Below are positions 1-8,287 of a stretch of DNA of 20,000 bases, in pieces; within the stretch, counting starts at the first letter, position 1; every line of letters starts with the position of its first letter. The notes below the pieces were generated by a model. That model made no database searches. It had not been told where the DNA came from and saw only the letters and a program-made list of their open reading frames with translations. The stretch covers positions 54,651 through 74,650 of the IMG/VR virus record IMGVR_UViG_3300021962_000076. One strand, written 5' to 3'. Source of the stretch: an uncultured virus (IMG/VR IMGVR_UViG_3300021962_000076). Lineage: Duplodnaviria; Heunggongvirae; Uroviricota; Caudoviricetes. The translations under genes were made by a program, and so were the position numbers.

Positions 1-2
1 TT

Positions 3-608
3 AAACAAACAGGAAAAGGATTTCATTCTTTACACGAAATTAAGTTTAGAAACAATGAACTACCTAAAGTTGGTGACACATTAGTTGAGGCTATAGTTAG
101 AAACTCACACAATGGTGCAACAGCATTTTCTATGTCAGCAGGACTACATAGGCTAGTTTGTTCTAATGGTCTAACAGTACCAACAGCGGTAGCAGAAAAG
201 TTCTCAATGAGACACAACCACTTCCAGCTTGACGATGTTAAGGAATTAGCCGAAAAGTTCTCAAAGAAATTACCAATGATTCAGAATTCAGTTGGTAGAA
301 TGATGGCTCGTGAAATGTCAGACGATGATAAGATTGACTTTATTCGTAAATCAGCTAAGATTAGATTTAACTTGGAAAAGACATTTAACGATCTTGAAAT
401 CTTAGACTTACTAACACCAAATAGAGTTGAGGATGAAGGAAATGACTTGTGGAGTGTTTTTAATGTAGTACAAGAGAAGTTTATTCGTGGTGGAGCAAAA
501 GTCTCAAATAATCGAGGAAAATCCACAAAGATGAGAAAAGTTGATAGTATTTTAACACAGAATAAAATTAACACACAACTCTGGGAGTTGGCAGAAACAA
601 TGGTTTAA
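3..608 (+). CDS. DUF932/DUF945-family protein, 5'-truncated by the window edge
   Basis: Frame is open from nt 3 (KQTGKGFHSLHEIKF...) into the listed ORF. It contains the family-typical NSHNG...AGLHRLVCSNGL and DLWSVFNVVQE motifs. Confidence 0.8.
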   Translation, partial: KQTGKGFHSLHEIKFRNNELPKVGDTLVEAIVRNSHNGATAFSMSAGLHRLVCSNGLTVPTAVAEKFSMRHNHFQLDDVKELAEKFSKKLPMIQNSVGRMMAREMSDDDKIDFIRKSAKIRFNLEKTFNDLEILDLLTPNRVEDEGNDLWSVFNVVQEKFIRGGAKVSNNRGKSTKMRKVDSILTQNKINTQLWELAETMV

Positions 609-609
609 T

Positions 610-957
610 ATGGATGAGGTAACCCTTTTTAGAATTGAAGAAAAATTTCTTAAATCTCTTTTTGAAACAAAAGGGGTTACCTACTCCAAAAACAAATTGA
701 TGACAACAATAAATCTAACACCTGAAATACTTTTAGAAAAAGATTATATTTTAGAGTATTGTGATATTGCAACATACCAGGAAGGATTTTCATATTTAGA
801 AGCAATTTTTAGGAATAAATCTGATTTTTATATATATTTATCAAAAAGAAATACAGAAAGTATTAATTATGATATTAAAATTTACTTTGAACCAAAAGAT
901 TTTACTGAGGTTAAGTTTTTTATAAAAAAATTATTAAAATTAAATCAATGGAAATAA
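610..957 (+). CDS. hypothetical protein
   Basis: 115 aa ORF starting 1 nt after the upstream stop and overlapping the thioredoxin start. Confidence 0.7.
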   Translation: MDEVTLFRIEEKFLKSLFETKGVTYSKNKLMTTINLTPEILLEKDYILEYCDIATYQEGFSYLEAIFRNKSDFYIYLSKRNTESINYDIKIYFEPKDFTEVKFFIKKLLKLNQWK

Positions 958-1262
958 ATAGTACAGAGCTACAACAACAAATTAATAGTGGTGAAAAAAT
1001 TATAGTTGAATTTTGGGCACCATGGTGTGGTCCATGTCGTATGATGAAACCAGGATTTGAGAAAGTCGCTAGAGAAAACACCTCTAATGTTAAGATGTAT
1101 ACAATGAACATAGACGAGAATAGAGAGGCCGCGGTAGGCCTAGGGATTAGAAGTATACCAACAATAAAGATTTTTAATTCTGGTGAAACTATAGAGACAA
1201 AAGTTGGTGTGTTATCTGAACAACAAATAAATGGAATGTTAAAAGAATTGATTAATGGATAA
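948..1262 (+). CDS. trxA: thioredoxin
   Basis: 104 aa; FWAPWCGPC active site and GIRSIPT cis-Pro motif. Confidence 0.95.
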   Translation: MEINSTELQQQINSGEKIIVEFWAPWCGPCRMMKPGFEKVARENTSNVKMYTMNIDENREAAVGLGIRSIPTIKIFNSGETIETKVGVLSEQQINGMLKELING

Positions 1263-1542
1263 GGTTGCTGTTTTATTCACAATGGATGGTTGTCCTTTTT
1301 GTGTTGATTTAAAAAATATGTTAAATGAGGCTGGTATTGAGTACTATGATAGAGATATTCATAAATATGAAGATGAATACAACCTTTTTGTTGAAATAAC
1401 TGAAAATGAATATGTTCCGGCCTTTATGTTGATTGAAGCCCCAGAGACAGAAGCCCCAATCACAAATTTATTTGCACCAGATCGAGACTTCCAGGATATA
1501 AATGAAGGGTTTGATATTATAAAATCATTCTTAGTTGATTAA
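1255..1542 (+). CDS. glutaredoxin-like protein
   Basis: 95 aa; N-terminal GCPFC CxxC motif and YVP motif; overlaps the trxA stop. Confidence 0.8.
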   Translation: MDKVAVLFTMDGCPFCVDLKNMLNEAGIEYYDRDIHKYEDEYNLFVEITENEYVPAFMLIEAPETEAPITNLFAPDRDFQDINEGFDIIKSFLVD

Positions 1543-1543
1543 C

Positions 1544-1570
1544 AAAAAACCCCCTTAATTGGGGGTTTTT
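1544..1570. terminator. bidirectional intrinsic terminator
   Basis: AAAAACCCCC-TTAATT-GGGGGTTTTT hairpin between convergent genes. Confidence 0.85.
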
Positions 1571-1573
1571 AAT

Positions 1574-2269
1574 TTAAACTAGTACTACGTGTTCTAACAT
1601 ATCTTGTTTTAGATATGGTTTTTCTCTATCAGGTGATAATATATCTTGTAATAAGTCATATTCATCAAGTCTACTATTAAACTCTTCTAAATCAAAGGAA
1701 AACACATCAAGAATTAATGATTTAATTTTATGTTTATTAATTTTTGAATTGGATACAATTTTAATTTTTAAATCACCATCCTCATCTTCATTTTTTGTAA
1801 AGAAAAAATCTAAAGATTTAACACCAAGTAGACTATACATATGATTAAAAATATAGTGTGAGTAATAAACCATAGACCTACCACAATTTAAACTATAACC
1901 ATATGGAAATTCAGATGATGTAGATAACTCAAAAACCGGTTCATCTTCCTCAATAAAGACATCCTTATTTACATTTACCCAACCTTTCTCAATATTATTT
2001 AATTCAACCTCGTATTTTATTAAATCTATTGTATTTATACGATCAATACCAACATCTTTTAATTCTTTATCAAACCAATTAGTAAAATCTGTTTTTATTT
2101 TTTCTAGGTCTAGTAAAGTATTTGATGTTGTAAGACCATGAATAACCATAAATGATTCACAATCTGTAACCTGGATAATTGAGTTTTCTTTTTTATCTAT
2201 TCTTGAAAGAATAAAATCGGCAAATAAATTAACAATGCCTCTTCTTGAATTTTTATTAATTTTTCTCAT
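1574..2269 (-). CDS. degenerate S-adenosylmethionine synthetase (MetK)-like protein, probably non-catalytic
   Basis: By-eye similarity to MetK N- and C-terminal regions: GRSMVYYSHYI vs DRSAAYAARYV; LILDVFSF...KPYLKQD vs LVREFFDL...FPWEKTD. Lacks GHPDK, GAGDQG and GGGAFSGKD. Confidence 0.55.
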   Translation of the reverse strand: MRKINKNSRRGIVNLFADFILSRIDKKENSIIQVTDCESFMVIHGLTTSNTLLDLEKIKTDFTNWFDKELKDVGIDRINTIDLIKYEVELNNIEKGWVNVNKDVFIEEDEPVFELSTSSEFPYGYSLNCGRSMVYYSHYIFNHMYSLLGVKSLDFFFTKNEDEDGDLKIKIVSNSKINKHKIKSLILDVFSFDLEEFNSRLDEYDLLQDILSPDREKPYLKQDMLEHVVLV

Positions 2270-2318
2270 ATTCTATTTTTTTATAATGAATATGATTTTT
2301 ATTTCAATAACTAAATAG

Positions 2319-3326
2319 TTATTCTACGTAATCAAAAAATCGCTCATTGATTTCTTGATTAACTTTTCTAAAATCTGGATATCCTAATTTTCTAAACTTA
2401 AACTCATCTATAATACCAAACCTTTGTAAACTATTTATAAAATAAAGGTAATCGGTATAATCTGTGATACTTTCATCTGTTGACGTATCAAAAAACATTT
2501 TTAATGTGGTACCAAAAAGTTTAATTTTTATTTTAGCCATATCACCTTCCCATCTAATATTAGGATCAAAGTATTCACTAATAGAATCTAAAACAATATC
2601 TGTCATTTCTTCATTCCAAGCCTCATTATATGAAAGTGAATATAAGTTTTCTAAGTCCCTTTGCAATTCACCAAAATAATTCATCATAATAACCTCATTA
2701 AAAAGGTCATCTTCATTATTCATAATAGCATTTATATTTTCGTGAAAACTAAAAACACCATCTTCATTTACATAATCAAGTAAAGCACTCCAAAAACCAT
2801 CAGAATCTATTATATCACTCTCTGATAATGTAATACCTTTAGTTTTTTCTAAAATAACTTTAGTTAGATATTTTTTATTTTCATTATTTAATACACTAAT
2901 AACATCATCATATAAATCATTAGTTTCAACATAAAAAGGTTCATACCAGTCCTGACCAAATAAATCTGAAATAAAATCCATATTAGGACCAATAAATAAA
3001 TCACGAATATCAGATAGGTATTTTAAATTTAGGTAGTAGTCATCACCTTCTTTTGTAATGTAATTACTAGCATACTGACTAAAATAGCGAACAAAGAAAT
3101 CAGGACCAAACTCTTTTAAATATAAATTACATATTTTACCAAAATCCCAAAGTTCAGCCTCCTCCATTCCATAATATATTTTATATAAATTAACATCTTT
3201 TAGTCTATTTTTTTTATAGACATACCCAAATATAAAATTTTTCATACCACCAAAAATAGTATGTAACTTTTCTAAAACATCCGGGTCATTAGTGTTAATC
3301 CCATGTATAAAATAATCAATATTCAT
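2319..3326 (-). CDS. acidic hypothetical protein, paralog of 3326..4441
   Basis: 335 aa, D/E/Y-rich; shares several colinear motifs with the neighbouring ORF; start overlaps the upstream stop. Confidence 0.8.
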   Translation of the reverse strand: MNIDYFIHGINTNDPDVLEKLHTIFGGMKNFIFGYVYKKNRLKDVNLYKIYYGMEEAELWDFGKICNLYLKEFGPDFFVRYFSQYASNYITKEGDDYYLNLKYLSDIRDLFIGPNMDFISDLFGQDWYEPFYVETNDLYDDVISVLNNENKKYLTKVILEKTKGITLSESDIIDSDGFWSALLDYVNEDGVFSFHENINAIMNNEDDLFNEVIMMNYFGELQRDLENLYSLSYNEAWNEEMTDIVLDSISEYFDPNIRWEGDMAKIKIKLFGTTLKMFFDTSTDESITDYTDYLYFINSLQRFGIIDEFKFRKLGYPDFRKVNQEINERFFDYVE

Positions 3327-4441
3327 TATATATAATCACCAAAATAATCATTTATGTATTTGTCAACTAATCGATAGTCAGGATAATCAGGTATTCTAAA
3401 ACTAATTTCATCAAGTACACCATCGTAAAACAAGAATCCCATCATTTCAGTATAAGAGCCTTGATATTCTAAAGTATTATAACGTATATTCTCTTCTAGA
3501 TATGATTTTACATTAGAATAAAAATCACGTATTTTAATTTTTGGATAATATCTAACCTTACCACTTGTTTGTTTAATTTCTTCCCAATCAAACTTACCAA
3601 CAAAATATTCCTGTAAACCATCCATTACAAGTTCGTAACACTCACTCTCATAAGCATTATTATATGCATTATTATGAATAGAATGTAATTCAGATTTCAA
3701 ATCATCTAAATCACCATTAAGAAGTTCGTCCATAGCTGATTCATCACCAATTAAATTCATAACATTACTATTTGTTATTTGAAAGGTATTTTTAGTTCCT
3801 TGTTCTTCTGAAAATTCATGAAATAAATCATCGTTATAGTCATCTAAATTTAAATCTCTATTACCAATTTCATTAAGAATATATTTTGCAAGTCTAGCTT
3901 CATTAGCACTATTTAATTCATCAATAACATCTCTATAAACATCATCTGTTGTGTCCCACCACCGTTCAAAGAAGTCGTCTTCAGCTAAGACAGCCTTTGC
4001 TAAATCCCTAGGACTTGTTTCCCTACTATAACTCTCAAAAAAAAATGATAAATCATCTCTACCATTAAGACTAAGATAATAACCGTCTTTTTCTACAATA
4101 ACATCACTATTTAAAATAGTACTAGCAATAAAATCTAAAGTATCACTTTCATTATTATTTAAAGACCAAAGTAAAAATCTATTTTTTACCTCATCATCCT
4201 CTAAACTATTATAATCACTAACACCACTAATAAAACCATTATCACCTAGAAAATTTATAAGCTCAGGGTCCCTCTCCCATTCATCTGTTGGAATATAACC
4301 AATATCAACATCTTCCTGCAGGTTATATTTTGCAACAATTTTTAAGAAATTACGTGTGGTGTTAAAGACCTGTAATATTTTTTCATATTCAGATTCCCTA
4401 CCATCGTGAAATAACTCTAAAAATCTATCAAGTTTTGTCAT
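3326..4441 (-). CDS. acidic hypothetical protein
   Basis: 371 aa, D/E-rich; preceded by the TATTTAT motif 5 nt upstream of ATG. Confidence 0.85.
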   Translation of the reverse strand: MTKLDRFLELFHDGRESEYEKILQVFNTTRNFLKIVAKYNLQEDVDIGYIPTDEWERDPELINFLGDNGFISGVSDYNSLEDDEVKNRFLLWSLNNNESDTLDFIASTILNSDVIVEKDGYYLSLNGRDDLSFFFESYSRETSPRDLAKAVLAEDDFFERWWDTTDDVYRDVIDELNSANEARLAKYILNEIGNRDLNLDDYNDDLFHEFSEEQGTKNTFQITNSNVMNLIGDESAMDELLNGDLDDLKSELHSIHNNAYNNAYESECYELVMDGLQEYFVGKFDWEEIKQTSGKVRYYPKIKIRDFYSNVKSYLEENIRYNTLEYQGSYTEMMGFLFYDGVLDEISFRIPDYPDYRLVDKYINDYFGDYI

Positions 4442-4454
4442 ATTCTATAAATAC

Positions 4455-4481
4455 AAAAAGGTGGGAAAAAATAACCCACCT
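4455..4481 (-). terminator. intrinsic terminator
   Basis: On the minus strand AGGTGGG-TTATTTTTT-CCCACCT followed by TTTT, downstream of the 49-aa ORF. Confidence 0.7.
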
Positions 4482-4507
4482 ATATGTATTCTTTAGTTAA
4501 ATGAAAT

Positions 4508-4657
4508 TTATTTACTATAATACTTTTGAATAATTTTTTTAACAGATTCCTGAACACTTTGTGTTTGAGTATTAGTACTACTAGTAGTATTTGAGGATTT
4601 AATTTGTTGTTGTGTAGTGTTATTATTGTTTCCCTTATTTTTGCAACCACATCCCAT
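4508..4657 (-). CDS. 49-aa MGCGCK-motif small protein (not in ORF track)
   Basis: Translates as MGCGCKNKGNNNNTTQQQIKSSNTTSSTNTQTQSVQESVKKIIQKYYSK*; ATG start, upstream TATTTAT motif and downstream terminator. Confidence 0.7.
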   Translation of the reverse strand: MGCGCKNKGNNNNTTQQQIKSSNTTSSTNTQTQSVQESVKKIIQKYYSK

Positions 4658-4739
4658 AACAATTGTTTTTATTAAGTTTATTTAATTATAAATATTATGA
4701 TATATTCATATTTGTAAAGTTTAAGGTATTTATTGTTGT

Positions 4740-6041
4740 ATGAAAACAAAACTTTTAAATGTTTTATCAAGGATCATTAAAGAAGAAGTTGAAGATGTAA
4801 GAATTTCAGCTGAAGATTATATGAAACTCTTAAAAAGAGTAAATTATGCCGCTCAAGCAATTCCAAAACTACCACAGTTTAAAGGAAAACACCTTGTTGT
4901 TGTTGGTGATGTTACTCTTAGAGACAATGATAAAATAATAGATTTAGGACCAATTACAATTGATGGTGATTTAGATGTCTCACGAACAAATATAAAATCA
5001 TTAGACCACACAAAAGTAACAGGGTATAGCCGCTATTGGCAAACACCATATGAAAAAGTTGTGTATAGTAGAAGACAAGCTGCCAAAATGGAGGAGCAAA
5101 AAGAAAAAAGAAGAGATGGTGAGTGGGATATGAATAGTAATTTAGATGAAGAAGGAATAAGAGCAAATTTAGTATTCCAATTTGCAGTTGATGAAGGTCA
5201 TATTGAAGAATTAGATGATGAAGAAAAAGAAAGAGTCCAAGAGATAAAAAAAGAAATAAAAAGACTAGAAGAAGATGAAGATGAAATCCAGGAAACTCAA
5301 GATGAAATTGACGAATTAGAAGATGAATTAAGCGACCTTTTAAGTGGTAAATTTGATGTATATTATTTATATCCTAGTGGTCGTTTTTATGCTATGGATG
5401 AATTTGAACTACTAGAAGATGGATCTAGATATGCAATTGGAACAGAAGATGAAGCCGAAGAGTCAATGAGAGATTATTACCAAGAATGGGTTGATTACCC
5501 TGAAAATTATTTAGATAACAATTTCCTATCATATTATATCGATGAAGAAGCCGTTGTAGATGATGCAAGATATGCTATTGAAGACTGGGTTCGAGAATCA
5601 CCAGAAGATTATGGTGTTGAAAGAATAGAATTATCATCATCCCAAGAAGAAGAAATAGAAAGATTAGAAAATCAAATTAGTGAATTAGAAGAAAAGTTAG
5701 AAGAGCTAGAAGACGAAGATGAAATCCAGGAAACTCAAGATGAAATTGACCAACTTGAAAGTGAAATACAAGATATTAAAGATTTTCCAGAAGGTGATTA
5801 TAGTGAAGATGATATAGAACAAGCAATAGAAGACTACCTAAACGACAACGTAAGATATGATCCAGCTGATTGGTTAAGAGAGATGGGAAGGGATATTACT
5901 GATTATATTGATAAAGATGATTTACTAGACGCATTAGTTCGTGATGGTGATTACGGAGACACTCTAAATTCATATGATGGAACATATGAAAGTGTTAGAT
6001 ATGGTAATGATTATTACATTATTATGAGAATAGACGCATAA
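4740..6041 (+). CDS. extremely acidic coiled-coil protein with internal duplication
   Basis: 433 aa, D/E-dominated; short LRR-like stretch (VGDVTL...IDGDLDVSRTNIKSL); two EDEDEIQETQDEID helices. Confidence 0.85.
   Translation: MKTKLLNVLSRIIKEEVEDVRISAEDYMKLLKRVNYAAQAIPKLPQFKGKHLVVVGDVTLRDNDKIIDLGPITIDGDLDVSRTNIKSLDHTKVTGYSRYWQTPYEKVVYSRRQAAKMEEQKEKRRDGEWDMNSNLDEEGIRANLVFQFAVDEGHIEELDDEEKERVQEIKKEIKRLEEDEDEIQETQDEIDELEDELSDLLSGKFDVYYLYPSGRFYAMDEFELLEDGSRYAIGTEDEAEESMRDYYQEWVDYPENYLDNNFLSYYIDEEAVVDDARYAIEDWVRESPEDYGVERIELSSSQEEEIERLENQISELEEKLEELEDEDEIQETQDEIDQLESEIQDIKDFPEGDYSEDDIEQAIEDYLNDNVRYDPADWLREMGRDITDYIDKDDLLDALVRDGDYGDTLNSYDGTYESVRYGNDYYIIMRIDA
5277..5750 (+). repeat. exact 36-bp direct repeat (5277-5312 and 5715-5750)
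   Basis: GAAGATGAAATCCAGGAAACTCAAGATGAAATTGAC occurs twice, in frame, 438 bp apart. Confidence 0.9.
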
Positions 6042-6083
6042 ATAATATTTACAGATTATATTATATGGTTATTTTTAAATTAA

Positions 6084-6857
6084 ATGAGAAAAAAGAAAAA
6101 GATAGAATTTTTAATGGACACAGATTGGATGTTCGAAAAACCCATAGACCGGGAACACAAAGAATATAAACTACTATCTTATTTTCAAAAAATGGGCGAA
6201 AGACTCGACAATATGGAGTTATACCCAGGATTCATAGAACTTTCATTACACTTAGCAAATGCACAAACATTACTTAAGGATAAAAAAATGTTATATACTG
6301 ATAAGAGGTTTAAAACACCTGATGATGAATTATTAGTAAAAGACCTTAAGTTAAAAGAACTACCACATATGTCAAATGAAGAATATTTTGAGTTTGTCAA
6401 AATATTAGGATATTCATTACCAAGACTTATGGAATATTTTAGTATTGCTAAATCAGTATGGGAATTAGTATTTGATAGTGTACATTTAATTGTAAAAAAG
6501 AATAAAAAAAATATAACATCAATAGATGGTTTTTTTTATTTTAAAGACAAAAAGGAAAATAAAATTTATTTATGGGAATATACAGAAAAACCAGCAACAA
6601 GAGGTGCAAATGAAAATAAAATAATAACAAAACTTATTTATTGTGATGAAATAAATAAATCAACAGTCCCAAAAATAATAAGTGAGAATGTAACTAGAGA
6701 GGATAAATCAAAACTACCAGTAATTGAGATGGTAAGTAGAGGTGAATTCCCAATTGAAGAAACATTACTACCACTTTTTAAAAGAAAGTTATTATCTTAT
6801 CTATATCAAAAAAGATTAATTAAGGAAAATGAAGAAGTCGAAAATAAAGAAAGCTAA
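6084..6857 (+). CDS. hypothetical protein
   Basis: 257 aa ORF with normal composition; no recognised motif. Confidence 0.8.
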   Translation: MRKKKKIEFLMDTDWMFEKPIDREHKEYKLLSYFQKMGERLDNMELYPGFIELSLHLANAQTLLKDKKMLYTDKRFKTPDDELLVKDLKLKELPHMSNEEYFEFVKILGYSLPRLMEYFSIAKSVWELVFDSVHLIVKKNKKNITSIDGFFYFKDKKENKIYLWEYTEKPATRGANENKIITKLIYCDEINKSTVPKIISENVTREDKSKLPVIEMVSRGEFPIEETLLPLFKRKLLSYLYQKRLIKENEEVENKES

Positions 6858-7068
6858 AGAACAAGTCGACCACCCAAAACATTATGGTGGTGAAGACAAT
6901 ACATATGAAGCAATAAAAGTAATTGACGCCTGGGATTTAAACTTTTCTTTGGGTAATACAGTAAAGTATATATCAAGAGCTGGTAAAAAAGATAAAGAAA
7001 AAGAAATCGAAGATTTAGAAAAAGCTTTATGGTATTTAGAGCACCATATTAATAAATTAAAAGATTAA
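6829..7068 (+). CDS. DUF3310 family phage protein
   Basis: VDHPKHY...EAIKVI...FSLGNTVKYISRAGKK...EDLEKALWYL signature. Confidence 0.88.
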   Translation: MKKSKIKKAKEQVDHPKHYGGEDNTYEAIKVIDAWDLNFSLGNTVKYISRAGKKDKEKEIEDLEKALWYLEHHINKLKD

Positions 7069-7415
7069 TCTGTTATAAAAACAGAGTCACCTTCTTTTAT
7101 GTCATATTTTTCACAATCACCACCATTTATTTCTAAAATCAAATCAGCAACACCACTATATCTAGGACAGTTATCTTCTCTACATGGAGGGCAATTACTA
7201 TGAATTTTATTAATTTTTAAATCTTTTATGAAAATAATATCTAAAGACGTTATGCAGTTTTTCATCCAAAAAGAATGGGAACTAATTTCATTAAAAACGA
7301 ATAACATACCATTAAAATCATCGTTAAATTTTTTATACATCATACCATTTTCAATATCCTGTCTAGTAATAACTGGTATGACTTTAAGTAGATTATCATT
7401 TATAATTAACTCCAT
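7065..7415 (-). CDS. DUF192 family protein
   Basis: GMM...GMLFVF...SFWMKN...LDIIFI...LEINGG...IKEGD signature. Confidence 0.88.
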   Translation of the reverse strand: MELIINDNLLKVIPVITRQDIENGMMYKKFNDDFNGMLFVFNEISSHSFWMKNCITSLDIIFIKDLKINKIHSNCPPCREDNCPRYSGVADLILEINGGDCEKYDIKEGDSVFITD

Positions 7416-7428
7416 ATTTATAAATATG
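7413..7428. promoter_or_regulatory. perfect 16-bp palindrome carrying TATTTAT on both strands; putative divergent promoter
   Basis: CATATTTATAAATATG spans the DUF192 start codon and most of the 18-bp gap between the divergent DUF192 and Nudix genes. Confidence 0.5.
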
Positions 7429-7433
7429 TAATT

Positions 7434-7847
7434 ATGGATAAATTTAAAAGATATTCAGGTGTAATTTTAAAAGTTGATGATGACATTTTACTATGTAAAA
7501 GATCACCAAAAGAATCAATGGCAAATGAATGGTCAATACCATCTGGTGGTATTGAATCAAACGAAACACCAATTAACGCGGCTCATAGAGAGTTTAAAGA
7601 AGAAACAAATATTTCATTACCAGATAATTTAAATTTAGTTGGATTAATAAATAAGTATAAAAAAGACGGCACTACAAAAAAAGGTATTTTGTATGTATTT
7701 TTATCTAAATGTGATAAAAAATATAAACCAAATTTAGTTAAGGCTAAAGATGGTCATGAACATACTAGTTGTAAGTATTTTACTAAAAAAACATTACCAA
7801 TTAGTGAAAATAATAAAGATTTAATTAAAATTATTAAATTTTTATAA
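7434..7847 (+). CDS. Nudix hydrolase
   Basis: Nudix box GGIESNETPINAAHREFKEETN (GX5EX7REUXEE). Confidence 0.9.
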   Translation: MDKFKRYSGVILKVDDDILLCKRSPKESMANEWSIPSGGIESNETPINAAHREFKEETNISLPDNLNLVGLINKYKKDGTTKKGILYVFLSKCDKKYKPNLVKAKDGHEHTSCKYFTKKTLPISENNKDLIKIIKFL

Positions 7848-7942
7848 AAAAAATTGATTTTTTATAAAAAACATATATTTATATGTTACATAAAAAACTA
7901 AATCAACCTTCTTCTTATCAATAAAAAATGGTTTAGAATATT

Positions 7943-7980
7943 AAAACCCATAAAACTTTAAATTTTTTATGGGTTTTTTT
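7943..7980 (+). terminator. intrinsic terminator
   Basis: AAAACCCATAAAA / TTTTATGGGTTTT 13-bp stem followed by a T-tract. Confidence 0.8.
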
Positions 7981-8008
7981 GTTTATTTTAAAAATTTACT
8001 TATATTTG
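7978..8008 (+). promoter_or_regulatory. Bacteroidota sigma-A-type promoter (-33 TTTG / -7 TAnnTTTG)
   Basis: TTTG (7978-7981), 19-nt spacer, TATATTTG (8001-8008); ATG follows at 8013. Confidence 0.65.
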
Positions 8009-8012
8009 TAAT

Positions 8013-8285
8013 ATGAAAGTAGGATATAATATTAAGGTAATAAACGAAAAGTTTGGTGAATTGGTAAACGAAACGTTTATGAATGAAATTCAGTTTAAAC
8101 TTTTTTTAAAAATGATACACGCAAGTATTGAATTAAAACAAAATTTAACTTTTTTTAATGGAGATACTTTTTTTGTTAATATACCAGCTAGTACTCTAAA
8201 AGATTCTATTGTTGTTACAAACACAAAAGAATTGTCTATGACTGAACAGGTTAGAAGTAAAATTGAAGCATTAGTAACTAAATAA
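8013..8285 (+). CDS. hypothetical protein
   Basis: 90 aa ORF directly after a host-type promoter. Confidence 0.8.
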   Translation: MKVGYNIKVINEKFGELVNETFMNEIQFKLFLKMIHASIELKQNLTFFNGDTFFVNIPASTLKDSIVVTNTKELSMTEQVRSKIEALVTK

Positions 8286-8287
8286 TT

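Noticed and set aside
4480..4662. 60-aa ORF from the track
   Set aside because: TTG start and it runs into the terminator hairpin; the overlapping ATG-started MGCGCK frame (4508-4657) is more plausible.
5277..5750. 36-bp repeat as a CRISPR array
   Set aside because: Only two copies, 402 bp between them, in frame within a CDS, not palindromic, and no cas genes in the window.
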